The notes below the pieces were generated by a model, which saw only the letters and a list, made by a program, of their open reading frames with translations, was not told the origin of the DNA and did not search any database. From the IMG/VR virus record IMGVR_UViG_3300044609_000868, positions 1 to 57,405 of that record: 57,405 bases of DNA, one strand, 5' to 3'. This DNA is from a virus. Lineage: Duplodnaviria; Caudoviricetes. Position numbers and translations under genes: made by a program. This document shows positions 37,809 through 45,267 of the stretch, piece by piece; within the stretch, counting starts at the first letter, position 1, and every line of letters begins with the position of its first letter.

Positions 37809-38194
37809 GCCTCCACCTCCGACGGCATCAACATCTGCCGGATCCGGGCAGCGGTAAACGGCCCGCGGGAGATCCGATTCCAGATCACCTTCATGGCCAC
37901 CACGGCCTCCTGGTCAGCCATGCAGCTGCCGCATTCGTCCAACGCCCTGCTGACGGCCTCATGCGTCTCGCGGTAGAGCACCGGGTCGGTCTGCATCAGT
38001 GCATCGCGCCAGGTGGCAACCTCGCTCAGCGCCTGCATGCCGAAATTCTTCAGCTGCATCAGCTCTGCCGAGCTGGCCATCATGACCTGCTCAGCAGTGA
38101 ACAGGCCACCACGAAGCAGTGCGTTCTGCGTGCGGACTGACATGTACTTGGCAGTCTCCGGCACCAGCCGGAAGTCGTCTTCAGTTGGGTGCAT
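37805..38194 (-). CDS. Protein with RNA polymerase alpha C-terminal domain-like fold
   Basis: 'MSVRTQNALLRGGLFT.EQV......ELMQLKNFGMQALSEV' aligns by eye with alpha-CTD 'L.VR..NCL....I......L......L....N.G..SL.EI'. Confidence 0.75.
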   Translation of the reverse strand: MHPTEDDFRLVPETAKYMSVRTQNALLRGGLFTAEQVMMASSAELMQLKNFGMQALSEVATWRDALMQTDPVLYRETHEAVSRALDECGSCMADQEAVVAMKVIWNRISRGPFTAARIRQMLMPSEVEA

Positions 38195-38432
38195 TGATCG
38201 AATTCAGGTGATCGATGAGGTCTTGGCGGGTGGGCCACATCGGGCGGCCGTCGATCTTGCGCTCCATCTCGGCAACGGCGCGATGGATCCCTTTCAGGAA
38301 CCAAAACCGGCTGATCGCGGCCACCTTTGGGGCCTGGCTGAGCAGCTGGTCCCAGATCCTGTCCGGGCAGCTGTCCCAGTCAATGTCATCACGCACGGTC
38401 ATCCACGGGCTCAGTGTTTCGTTCAGTGTCAT
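38181..38432 (-). CDS. Hypothetical protein
   Basis: ORF in the leftward array. Confidence 0.5.
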   Translation of the reverse strand: MTLNETLSPWMTVRDDIDWDSCPDRIWDQLLSQAPKVAAISRFWFLKGIHRAVAEMERKIDGRPMWPTRQDLIDHLNSINAPN

Positions 38433-38577
38433 CGCCCGGATCGAGCCATTCGATGAGGTTCCAGAAGGGGCCGTATTCGGCAAATGCTTTGGATTTGGCA
38501 TCAGCGAAGCTTGTGGCGGTGACGAAGTCGTAGACGTTCGACTGAGGGATGGTGAAGTGGTAGTGGCGTTCAGTCAT
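38389..38577 (-). CDS. Hypothetical protein
   Basis: 'YHFTIPQSNVYDFVTATSFADAKSKA'. Confidence 0.55.
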   Translation of the reverse strand: MTERHYHFTIPQSNVYDFVTATSFADAKSKAFAEYGPFWNLIEWLDPGDDTERNTEPVDDRA

Positions 38578-38696
38578 TCGCAAACAGGGAACGATCCAGC
38601 AGCAGGGTGATGGGCGATCTTGCAGCTGGTGGCATGGTCGTGAACGATCAGCGCGATCGTGGCGACGGGGAGCAAGAACAGGAGAAGGCGCTTCAT
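38574..38696 (-). CDS. Small membrane/secreted peptide
   Basis: MKRLLLFLLPVATIALIV... Confidence 0.5.
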   Translation of the reverse strand: MKRLLLFLLPVATIALIVHDHATSCKIAHHPAAGSFPVCE

Positions 38697-38755
38697 TTGA
38701 AGTGGGTTGGACAGGTCAATGATGCCGGGCGGCCCGGCGCAAAGCGTGAGGGTTG

Positions 38756-39238
38756 TCACACTTCGTAAAAACTGCAGTCAGCCGCGAAGCTGGTGCCCTC
38801 GTCGAGCGGGTCCGGGAAGCCCAGTTCGCAGCCGACACCGCCCCAGTGCTGGCATTCGGTGCAATCGCGCCACTGCGGCCGCCGCTTCAAGCTCGGGAAC
38901 ACCTTCGTCCAGGTCTTGCCAGCTCGGATCTGCTGAATCGCCTGGCGCGACACACCGAGCTCGGCGGCCAGAGCAACGTCCGAGGTTTGCCGATCGGTCA
39001 GCGCGCGGCGGACGTGCGCCAGATCAAGCTTCTTTCGTCTTGGCTTGCCAGGCCCGCGTCGCCGCCGGCGCTTCTTTCTGTCAGGCCCGAACACAGTCCA
39101 GCGCTCACCGCAGTCACTGCACTCCCACCGGCGACGGATCAAGCCATCGGCGCGGGTACGTGTTTCACGGACAAAACGGTTGTTGTGCTCACAGACAGGC
39201 GTGTCTAGCGTTGATGAATCATCGCTGTTGAACTCCAT
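38756..39238 (-). CDS. Zn-ribbon + HTH + Cys-cluster putative regulator
   Basis: 'VRETR....IRRRWECSDCGERWT' (NrdR-type zinc ribbon), HTH 'LAAELGVSRQAIQQIR', 'CTECQHW...CELGFP...C'. True start uncertain. Confidence 0.7.
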   Translation of the reverse strand: MEFNSDDSSTLDTPVCEHNNRFVRETRTRADGLIRRRWECSDCGERWTVFGPDRKKRRRRRGPGKPRRKKLDLAHVRRALTDRQTSDVALAAELGVSRQAIQQIRAGKTWTKVFPSLKRRPQWRDCTECQHWGGVGCELGFPDPLDEGTSFAADCSFYEV

Positions 39239-39431
39239 GACGTTTGGTAAATGGCTTCAAGCTGAAATGACAACGGAAGAAAAGTGGGCAGTAGAGACAG
39301 TTGCGCGCAAAGAAGACGCTCGCACTGCAATGCTTTACCGCCTGTGCTGCCAGCAGCAATTTCAGCTTCAGCAGGCGGTCAATGAGATCGCCCGCTTAGA
39401 GCTGATGCTGATGGATCACTCAAAGAGCTGA
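39237..39431 (+). CDS. NblA-like small helical protein
   Basis: MTFGKWLQAEMTTEEKWAVETVARKEDARTAMLYRLCCQQQFQLQQAVNEIARLE; fills a gap in the minus-strand array. Confidence 0.55.
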   Translation: MTFGKWLQAEMTTEEKWAVETVARKEDARTAMLYRLCCQQQFQLQQAVNEIARLELMLMDHSKS

Positions 39432-39724
39432 ACGGCCTGCTCGTAGGTGGGTGCCTGGACGTGCCGGCTGAGCACCGTGCCATCTGGCTGCGGCATCTCC
39501 ACGACAAAGGTCGGCAGCTCGTCGCGCCAGAGGCGCATCAGCTCGTTGACTTCATCCACCAGCGTTCCAGCTTGCTCATAGGTCCAGCCGCGGCGGGCGA
39601 CGTTGAAATGGGCCAGTGTCTCGATGCGATCACACCAGCGGATCAGCGTTACGGCATCCGGCGTCACTGGCGGCGACAGTTGCTCGCGATAGATCTCGCG
39701 CAGGCGGGTTTCGGGGTAGGTCAT
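39416..39724 (-). CDS. Hypothetical protein
   Basis: Coupled ORF. Confidence 0.55.
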   Translation of the reverse strand: MTYPETRLREIYREQLSPPVTPDAVTLIRWCDRIETLAHFNVARRGWTYEQAGTLVDEVNELMRLWRDELPTFVVEMPQPDGTVLSRHVQAPTYEQAVQLFE

Positions 39725-39927
39725 TTGCGGTTCAGGTAGTAGGTCCAGTCCTTCTTCAGGCCGCCGAATTCGTTCAGATCACCAACGGCAGTCTTCTTGC
39801 CGCACACATCACAGCAGCGCAGCGTGTAGGTGGCAATGTGCGTCGCAGGACCGACGAAGCGCTCGTCGATGTAAAAGCCACCCAGCTTGCGGCCGCAGGG
39901 TTGGCAGAGTTTCTTGGGAGTCTTCAT
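39721..39927 (-). CDS. Small Zn-finger-like protein (CQPC...CDVC)
   Basis: Two CxxC pairs; ATGA coupling. Confidence 0.55.
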   Translation of the reverse strand: MKTPKKLCQPCGRKLGGFYIDERFVGPATHIATYTLRCCDVCGKKTAVGDLNEFGGLKKDWTYYLNRK

Positions 39928-40067
39928 TGCTTGGCTTGGTTGTAGCCCCACTCTGCAGCCTGGAAGGCGACATGAAATGGGATGGCTTCGGCGTCAATCA
40001 CGCCTTCATGCACCATGTCGACTGCATCTTCGACCCAGTGCTCAATCAGTTCGAGGGGTGGTTCCAT
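39924..40067 (-). CDS. Hypothetical protein ('PPLELIEHW...AAEWG')
   Basis: Resembles the N-terminal half of 37473-37808. Confidence 0.5.
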   Translation of the reverse strand: MEPPLELIEHWVEDAVDMVHEGVIDAEAIPFHVAFQAAEWGYNQAKQ

Positions 40068-40093
40068 GGTCAAGGGGTGGGAGTGGGTCTGCC

Positions 40094-40427
40094 TACTGGG
40101 CTTCAAGCACGCAACCTGGCTAGCAGGTCTGCCGTTTTCTCAGCCAGCTTGCAGTAGCTGGTTCCCTCATCGCTGGAAACGATGTGCGGGCAAGTGGAGT
40201 TGGGTTGTTCAATCCAGTTGTCTAAAGCCTGTTGCAAAGCTGTGAATTCTTCCCAGGTCATGGAAAGGGACTGGTGGCCTCGGCTTAGATGAATGTCGAA
40301 GCCTTCACTATTTGTCCATTCTGTGACTTCGAGGAAGTCATCACCCTTTCTATCAATGTTGTAGTTCTTGAGTTCGACAAAGCGGCAGGTGCGCTGAGAT
40401 TCTTTCATGGCGTTACTGGGCTTCAAG
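40094..40427. repeat. 14-bp direct repeat TACTGGGCTTCAAG at 40094-40107 and 40414-40427
   Basis: Exact match read from the sequence; brackets one AT-richer gene. Confidence 0.85.
40103..40408 (-). CDS. Hypothetical protein ('DFLEVTEWTNSEGFDI')
   Basis: AT-richer ORF between the 14-bp repeats. Confidence 0.6.
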   Translation of the reverse strand: MKESQRTCRFVELKNYNIDRKGDDFLEVTEWTNSEGFDIHLSRGHQSLSMTWEEFTALQQALDNWIEQPNSTCPHIVSSDEGTSYCKLAEKTADLLARLRA

Positions 40428-40619
40428 TTCATTAGCGATGGCGTCTATGAAGTCCATCGCAGCACGCCAACCAGTGTCGTACTCATCGGTGGTGTTGCCA
40501 GCGGCACCGTGACCTGCAGCAGCACGCAGGGCAGCGATGAGCGCTTGATGCCTAGTGCCTGCCCATTTGGAATCAAAGGCATCTTTGACTGCCTGAGCAG
40601 CAGGTGAAAGTTCACTCAT
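40413..40619 (-). CDS. Hypothetical protein ('LSPAAQAV.DA...AALRAAA...IANELEAQ')
   Basis: Coupled ORF. Confidence 0.6.
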   Translation of the reverse strand: MSELSPAAQAVKDAFDSKWAGTRHQALIAALRAAAGHGAAGNTTDEYDTGWRAAMDFIDAIANELEAQ

Positions 40620-40800
40620 CGGCGTGCTTCCAGAAACCCTCTGGCTGATGCTTGCGCAGAAACTCCACTAGCAAGCGGTGCGCTTCTCCTGCATCCTCGA
40701 TGAATTGCCCTCGGTAGTGGAAGCCTTCGGCGTCGATGCGGATGACTTCATCGGGAGCAGGGCCTGAGCGAAAGATGATGCTGTTGGTTGGTAGGGTCAT
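40612..40800 (-). CDS. Hypothetical protein ('GFHYRGQFIEDAGEAHRL')
   Basis: Coupled ORF. Confidence 0.6.
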   Translation of the reverse strand: MTLPTNSIIFRSGPAPDEVIRIDAEGFHYRGQFIEDAGEAHRLLVEFLRKHQPEGFWKHADE

Positions 40801-40830
40801 CAGGGGAGATCAGTTGATCGGACTACTGGG

Positions 40831-40977
40831 TTAGCGGCGGAAGCGGTTCTGCATATCAATCCAAACCAATAAAGCAAACCGTGTGGCTGCTGAAAGCATG
40901 ACAATAGAGAGTGTCAAAACAAGCGACCAAGCAAGAACAGCGGTGGCAAGTCCTGGTCCGGTAAGTGTTTCAGTCAT
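40831..40977 (-). CDS. Membrane microprotein
   Basis: MTETLTGPGLATAVLAWSLVLTLSIVML...; hydrophobic. Confidence 0.45.
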   Translation of the reverse strand: MTETLTGPGLATAVLAWSLVLTLSIVMLSAATRFALLVWIDMQNRFRR

Positions 40978-40994
40978 GGCGGTAGTGGGATGGA

Positions 40995-41093
40995 CTAAGA
41001 AGCCGAGCGAATTGCGTGAATAGCAACCGCAAGGCCGAAAGAAATCCACACGAAGTAGATGGCTGCCCAGTACGGAGGGCCGGAGCGGTTCAT
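40995..41093 (-). CDS. Membrane microprotein (32 aa)
   Basis: MNRSGPPYWAAIYFVWISFGLAVAIHAIRSAS; ATGA coupling. Confidence 0.45.
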   Translation of the reverse strand: MNRSGPPYWAAIYFVWISFGLAVAIHAIRSAS

Positions 41094-41317
41094 GCCGCCA
41101 CCTCCACCTCAGCGCCAGGCCAGCGCGCCTGCGCATAACGCACTGCCAGCTTCTGGCTTTCGGCCATCAGCGTGACCTTCATTGGCCGGCTTTTGCCCTG
41201 CCTCACCAATAGCGCCACCGGCTTGGCGCGTTCCGGCTTGGCCGGCCGGCTTACGCCCGGGCCGAAGCTGCCAGCTGGGTGTTCATGCCACTGGAAAGTG
41301 AGTGGTTCGCCTTTCAT
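41090..41317 (-). CDS. Hypothetical protein
   Basis: 'GPGVSRP...MKVTLMAES...YAQARWP'. Confidence 0.6.
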   Translation of the reverse strand: MKGEPLTFQWHEHPAGSFGPGVSRPAKPERAKPVALLVRQGKSRPMKVTLMAESQKLAVRYAQARWPGAEVEVAA

Positions 41318-41451
41318 AATCTTGAGAGTCCAACGATGAGATTGATGAGCTGGATTGCAATGATCGCGATCAAGATCAGCTCGTGACGGCGAAGCATGCG
41401 CTTCACTTCTATCACCTGCCGCAACAGCACCAGTGACTGATTAACGTCCAT
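41314..41451 (-). CDS. Membrane microprotein (45 aa)
   Basis: Translated by hand; C-terminal 'LILIAIIAIQLINLIVGL'. Confidence 0.45.
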   Translation of the reverse strand: MDVNQSLVLLRQVIEVKRMLRRHELILIAIIAIQLINLIVGLSRL

Positions 41452-41680
41452 CGCTTTTTCGCACATTCGCGACAGCCTTGCGCATGTTGCCCGCTAGCTC
41501 CTCTTGGCCGTCAATCGTGGCCATGTCGGCCGCGGCGAGGATGCCGGCTTCGAAAGCGTCGCGGATCATGCGCTTCTCTATTTCAGTGGGGCGCTTGGCC
41601 CGGCTGAACAGCCACACAACCAGCTGCCCCGCGACCGAGCCGGCAATCGCAGCGCCAAAAATTTCAAGGGGTGTCATCAA
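41441..41680 (-). CDS. Hypothetical membrane-anchored protein
   Basis: Strong GGAGG RBS; N-terminal hydrophobic helix. Confidence 0.6.
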   Translation of the reverse strand: MMTPLEIFGAAIAGSVAGQLVVWLFSRAKRPTEIEKRMIRDAFEAGILAAADMATIDGQEELAGNMRKAVANVRKSDGR

Positions 41681-41750
41681 GTCCTCCTGTGTGGGACGGG
41701 CCTATCAAAGCAAGCCGGGCGCCATTGCACCCGACCACTGTTGCAAATCT

Positions 41751-42230
41751 TCATGGTTGGTAGATCTGCTCGAACTTTTCGCGCTTCAGCCACGCCTGAA
41801 GGTCGGCCTCAGCTGCCTCGTGTGCGTCGTTTTCGACTTCCTCAAGCACACCAGGCCCCAGCTCCTCCTTCAGCAGCTCCCGCAGCCGGTCGTGCCGCAG
41901 CTGCTGAAACTTCTCGCGCTGCTTCTCGTACAGCGACTTGCGCACCTTCAAATCCTCGACGCCCTCCAGCTTGAACAGCCGACGGCGGGCCTCACTGGCA
42001 AACACGATCGTGATCCGGCGCTTCTTCCGTGCCTTGTGCATCCAGTCCCGATCGAACGGAATGCCGGCGTCGTACTCGAGCCGCTGCGCTTCTTGGATGG
42101 CGTCATCCATGCCCTGGACGGCCATCGTCAGCTCAACGTGCAGCTGCCGGACCTCGTCGAGCTCCATGTCCCAGATCTGCTTCAGCGTGATCTGCCGGTC
42201 GAGCTCACGGCTCGGAAAAATCAGTGTCAT
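41751..42230 (-). CDS. Hypothetical helical protein
   Basis: 159 aa coupled ORF. Confidence 0.65.
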   Translation of the reverse strand: MTLIFPSRELDRQITLKQIWDMELDEVRQLHVELTMAVQGMDDAIQEAQRLEYDAGIPFDRDWMHKARKKRRITIVFASEARRRLFKLEGVEDLKVRKSLYEKQREKFQQLRHDRLRELLKEELGPGVLEEVENDAHEAAEADLQAWLKREKFEQIYQP

Positions 42231-42694
42231 GAGGTAACGAATTGAACGGGATCAAGTTGGACCTGCCACTCGCCCAGTAGTCGGTGGTGGCTGGTGCGGC
42301 GGCCCAGGAAGTTTTGGAGCGACCTCTTGTCGACGCCAAACCGCTTGGCTGCTTCCTGCTCCTTGCCAAGCAGCACCTCCACTCGGCGGGCAGCGTTGGC
42401 GCGCAACACCCACCGCGGAAATTGTGTCGCTGGATCTGGTGATCGGTTGTCCCAGTCGGCGACCCACCAGATCAGCCGACCCTTCTTTTTCCAGCCCTCG
42501 TACTGAACTAGCCCAAGGGCCTGTAGCCGCGAGAACGACTGGACGGTCGCCCTGTCGCTAAGGCCGAGCCAGCCTTGAAGGTCGTCGCCGGTGTAAAGGC
42601 CCGGCCCGAGTGCCTGCAGCTGCAAGAGCGTCAGGACAGTCTCAGGCCGGTGCTGCCGGCGTAGATCAGCGATCCATGCCAGGCGGCTGCTCAT
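42227..42694 (-). CDS. Hypothetical winged-helix-like protein
   Basis: 'LQGWLGLSDRATVQSFSRLQALGLV' wHTH-like. Confidence 0.6.
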   Translation of the reverse strand: MSSRLAWIADLRRQHRPETVLTLLQLQALGPGLYTGDDLQGWLGLSDRATVQSFSRLQALGLVQYEGWKKKGRLIWWVADWDNRSPDPATQFPRWVLRANAARRVEVLLGKEQEAAKRFGVDKRSLQNFLGRRTSHHRLLGEWQVQLDPVQFVTS

Positions 42695-42696
42695 GC

Positions 42697-43170
42697 CTAG
42701 AACGGGATCGAGTCGTCATAGACAGGTGCAGGCGGCGCCATCTGCTGCTGGAGCGGAGCAGGCGGCATCTGCTGGGGCACCTGGGCGTAGCCCTGGCTGG
42801 CCTGCGCATAGCTGTTCTGCTGCTGCATGGGCGCGGCGGCCGGCTGGTCGTCACCGCGGGACTGCCAGCTCTCCACCGAAGCGTTGCGAATCACAACAGC
42901 CTTCTTCAGCTCGCCGGTCTGCTTGTCGTTCCAGCTTTCCTCTGCCACCTGGCCAGTGACGCAGACACTGGCGCCCTTCTTCAGGTAGTTGGCGACATAC
43001 TCAGCCTGCTTGCCCCAGATCTCCACCTTCACCCAGAAGGCGGGCTGATCTTGGCCCTGCTTCTTGGGCTGGCGGACGGCCAGCGAGAACTTCGCGACCA
43101 TTTGGCCAGACTGCGTGGTCTGAAACTCGGGGTCGCGGCCGAGATTGCCAGTAAGGGTTCCGTTGAACAT
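42697..43170 (-). CDS. ssb: Single-stranded DNA-binding protein
   Basis: 'GNLGRDPE', 'FSLAV', 'WGKQAE', 'YLKKG', acidic tail 'DDSIPF'. Confidence 0.95.
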   Translation of the reverse strand: MFNGTLTGNLGRDPEFQTTQSGQMVAKFSLAVRQPKKQGQDQPAFWVKVEIWGKQAEYVANYLKKGASVCVTGQVAEESWNDKQTGELKKAVVIRNASVESWQSRGDDQPAAAPMQQQNSYAQASQGYAQVPQQMPPAPLQQQMAPPAPVYDDSIPF

Positions 43171-43172
43171 GA

Positions 43173-43424
43173 TCAGTTCGCTTTGGGTTGGCAGATGATG
43201 AAGCAGCCCAGGCCGTCGCGACGCTTGCGCACCGAATAACGGCGGCTCAGCTCACGGCGGCTCAGATTGCCCACCACCTGGGTGATGGTGCCGGGCTTGT
43301 ACTCGTCGAATCCGACTTCGACGGCCTCGCCAGGCTCGAGATCAAGAATCTCGCTTCGCAGCGGTGCAGTCTTCGACTGACGGCCAGCCTTGGCGAGTGC
43401 TTCTTCAGCGGTGATGCGGTTCAT
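43173..43424 (-). CDS. Hypothetical protein
   Basis: Coupled ORF. Confidence 0.6.
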   Translation of the reverse strand: MNRITAEEALAKAGRQSKTAPLRSEILDLEPGEAVEVGFDEYKPGTITQVVGNLSRRELSRRYSVRKRRDGLGCFIICQPKAN

Positions 43425-43639
43425 TTGTCCTGTCGTGGGTTGTTGGGAAAGCCGCGCATGTTGCGCTGCTCGAATTGAACAATCTCATGGATTGGATAGA
43501 GCACTCGACCGCCGGCTTTGAACCAGCGCGGACCACGTTGCTGCGAACGCCAGTTGTCCAGCGTGCTGAGACTGACGACATTGCGCCAGCGCTCAGCGAG
43601 CTCACGTGGGGTCAAGTACGTCTCACCAGACTGCATCAT
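43421..43639 (-). CDS. Excisionase/AlpA-like HTH protein
   Basis: 'YLTPRELAERW...STLDNWR...GPRWFKAGGRVLY'. Confidence 0.8.
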   Translation of the reverse strand: MMQSGETYLTPRELAERWRNVVSLSTLDNWRSQQRGPRWFKAGGRVLYPIHEIVQFEQRNMRGFPNNPRQDK

Positions 43640-44285
43640 CTACCACCTCCTCAGATGCCTTTATTTCCTGGATTTTGCCGTTCAGGTCTTCAACGATCGA
43701 CGGCTGTTCGGTTACTTGCACTTCTTCAATTTCAACGACTTCTTCTTGAGTCTTCATGCCAACCAGGAATTCAGGCACATAGAGGCGTCCCCAAAACGCA
43801 GCAGCACGATACCGGATCATGAGATCCGGCATTGTCTGCCACTTAGACCCTGATTTCGTCGCCCATCCTTCGCGCTTGGCCATAGCCATGGTCACAGCAG
43901 GACCGCGCAGCTCCTTCCCTGTTGCGATCTCGGTCGCGTAGGCAAAGCAGCTCAAAGAATCACCTTCTCCGCTGATTGTGTAATCCAGCGGAGTGAATCT
44001 CCCGCACCCATTGATCATCGCGATGATGAACTGGGACGACCAGCTAGGGCGGCCATGAATAATGTGCAAGTTTTGCATTACCTGCAGGGGCGATAAATTC
44101 ATTCGCCCGGCAATCTCCATTGCTACCAGCGTGTTTGCCAGTCCTTGTTGTCCTTGGTATTCCTTGGGCACTAAAGCGCTGCTCGCCAAAGCTTTCGCAA
44201 TGCGCTGAGCGTTCTCGAACTGTCGAATCCCAGTAAAGACACCTTCCGACTGGGTTACCGCAAGGGAAGTTGACTGTTCAGGCAT
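43623..44285 (-). CDS. RecT-like single-strand annealing protein
   Basis: 'LVPKEYQG', 'SPLQVMQNL..IHGRPSW', 'W.TMPDLMIRYRA'; adjacent to a RecE-like gene. Confidence 0.8.
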   Translation of the reverse strand: MPEQSTSLAVTQSEGVFTGIRQFENAQRIAKALASSALVPKEYQGQQGLANTLVAMEIAGRMNLSPLQVMQNLHIIHGRPSWSSQFIIAMINGCGRFTPLDYTISGEGDSLSCFAYATEIATGKELRGPAVTMAMAKREGWATKSGSKWQTMPDLMIRYRAAAFWGRLYVPEFLVGMKTQEEVVEIEEVQVTEQPSIVEDLNGKIQEIKASEEVVDDAVW

Positions 44286-44287
44286 AA

Positions 44288-45109
44288 TCAGAAGCCTTCA
44301 ATTTCAGTGATGGGTTGGTCAGAATCGTCTTGCAGCCATGTCGGAACTGCTAGCGATTGGATTTCGTCGCCGTAGCCGGGCCACTGATTCGCAGCACGAC
44401 ATGTGGCGAGTTGACGCAGGTCTTCCTGCGCCTCCCGCAGGCCGCGTTCGAGCAGTTCCGCCGGCGTAGCGTACACCGCCACTGCATAGGGCGGCTTCTT
44501 CTCGACAGCCAAAAACAAGAACTGCTCAGCCTGCAGTGACTGACTGTAGAACGCAGCCTGCACGTGGTAGCGATACTTCATCACCGAGCGCAGGAACCCA
44601 CGAGGGCTTGCGTCGTCGGTGGTCTTCACGTCAGCGATCAGCCGGCGATCGTCGCTGTGCCAGTCAGGCCGGCACTTGCAGTTCTCGCCAGTGGTCTCAT
44701 CAGTCCAGAAGTAAGACTGCTCGCACTTGCCCGGCAGCCGCAGGATCGTCCGCGCCGCAGGGTGGCGATGCACCGCCTGGGCCATCGCCTCGATGTGAGC
44801 AGCGTCCTCGGCCTTCAGCACGGTCTTGCCGCCGGCTTCGTCCTCGAAATCAGCCCACCGCAGCTTGCCCTCCTTGGTCCGGCGGTCGATGCCTTCCGGC
44901 GCCACGATGTACTCGTCGTTGAACAGGTGAGGTTCCAGCACCCGCGTGTGCAGCGCTGAACCCAGCACCATGGCCGGGGTCGGTGGCTCGATGATCCGGT
45001 CTGGATTCAGGTACCGATTCCAGAAGTGCAGCGGTGAACGCCGGATCTGGTCGAGACCTGATTTCGAGACCTCTGGCCGAGCGTGATACTCCGCGTTGGT
45101 CAGTCCCAT
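44288..45109 (-). CDS. RecE/exonuclease VIII-like PD-(D/E)XK nuclease
   Basis: 'NAEYHA...SKSGL', 'GSALH...LEP', 'CKCRPD', 'DVKTT', 'YHVQAAFY'. Confidence 0.88.
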   Translation of the reverse strand: MGLTNAEYHARPEVSKSGLDQIRRSPLHFWNRYLNPDRIIEPPTPAMVLGSALHTRVLEPHLFNDEYIVAPEGIDRRTKEGKLRWADFEDEAGGKTVLKAEDAAHIEAMAQAVHRHPAARTILRLPGKCEQSYFWTDETTGENCKCRPDWHSDDRRLIADVKTTDDASPRGFLRSVMKYRYHVQAAFYSQSLQAEQFLFLAVEKKPPYAVAVYATPAELLERGLREAQEDLRQLATCRAANQWPGYGDEIQSLAVPTWLQDDSDQPITEIEGF

Positions 45110-45267
45110 AGGCTTAACTTGCGTCTGTGGATCGAAGCTTACCGCTGTTTCCCGCACCTTCACGCCTCCCTGTCGCACTTCTTCACACTTCACGGGAATT
45201 CCCGGCTAAGTGCTTATTATTGCTGTGTTTTTTCACTTATCCCTTGCGGACCACTTAGGTCAAGACG
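45110..45267. promoter_or_regulatory. Divergent promoter/switch region between recombination and replication operons
   Basis: Non-coding gap between divergent operons with five CACTT motifs and the palindrome CGGGAATTCCCG. Confidence 0.65.

Noticed and set aside
39045-39236. Long form of the NblA-like ORF (128 aa)
   Set aside because: The extension is antisense to the zinc-ribbon gene and low in complexity; not supportable without expression data.
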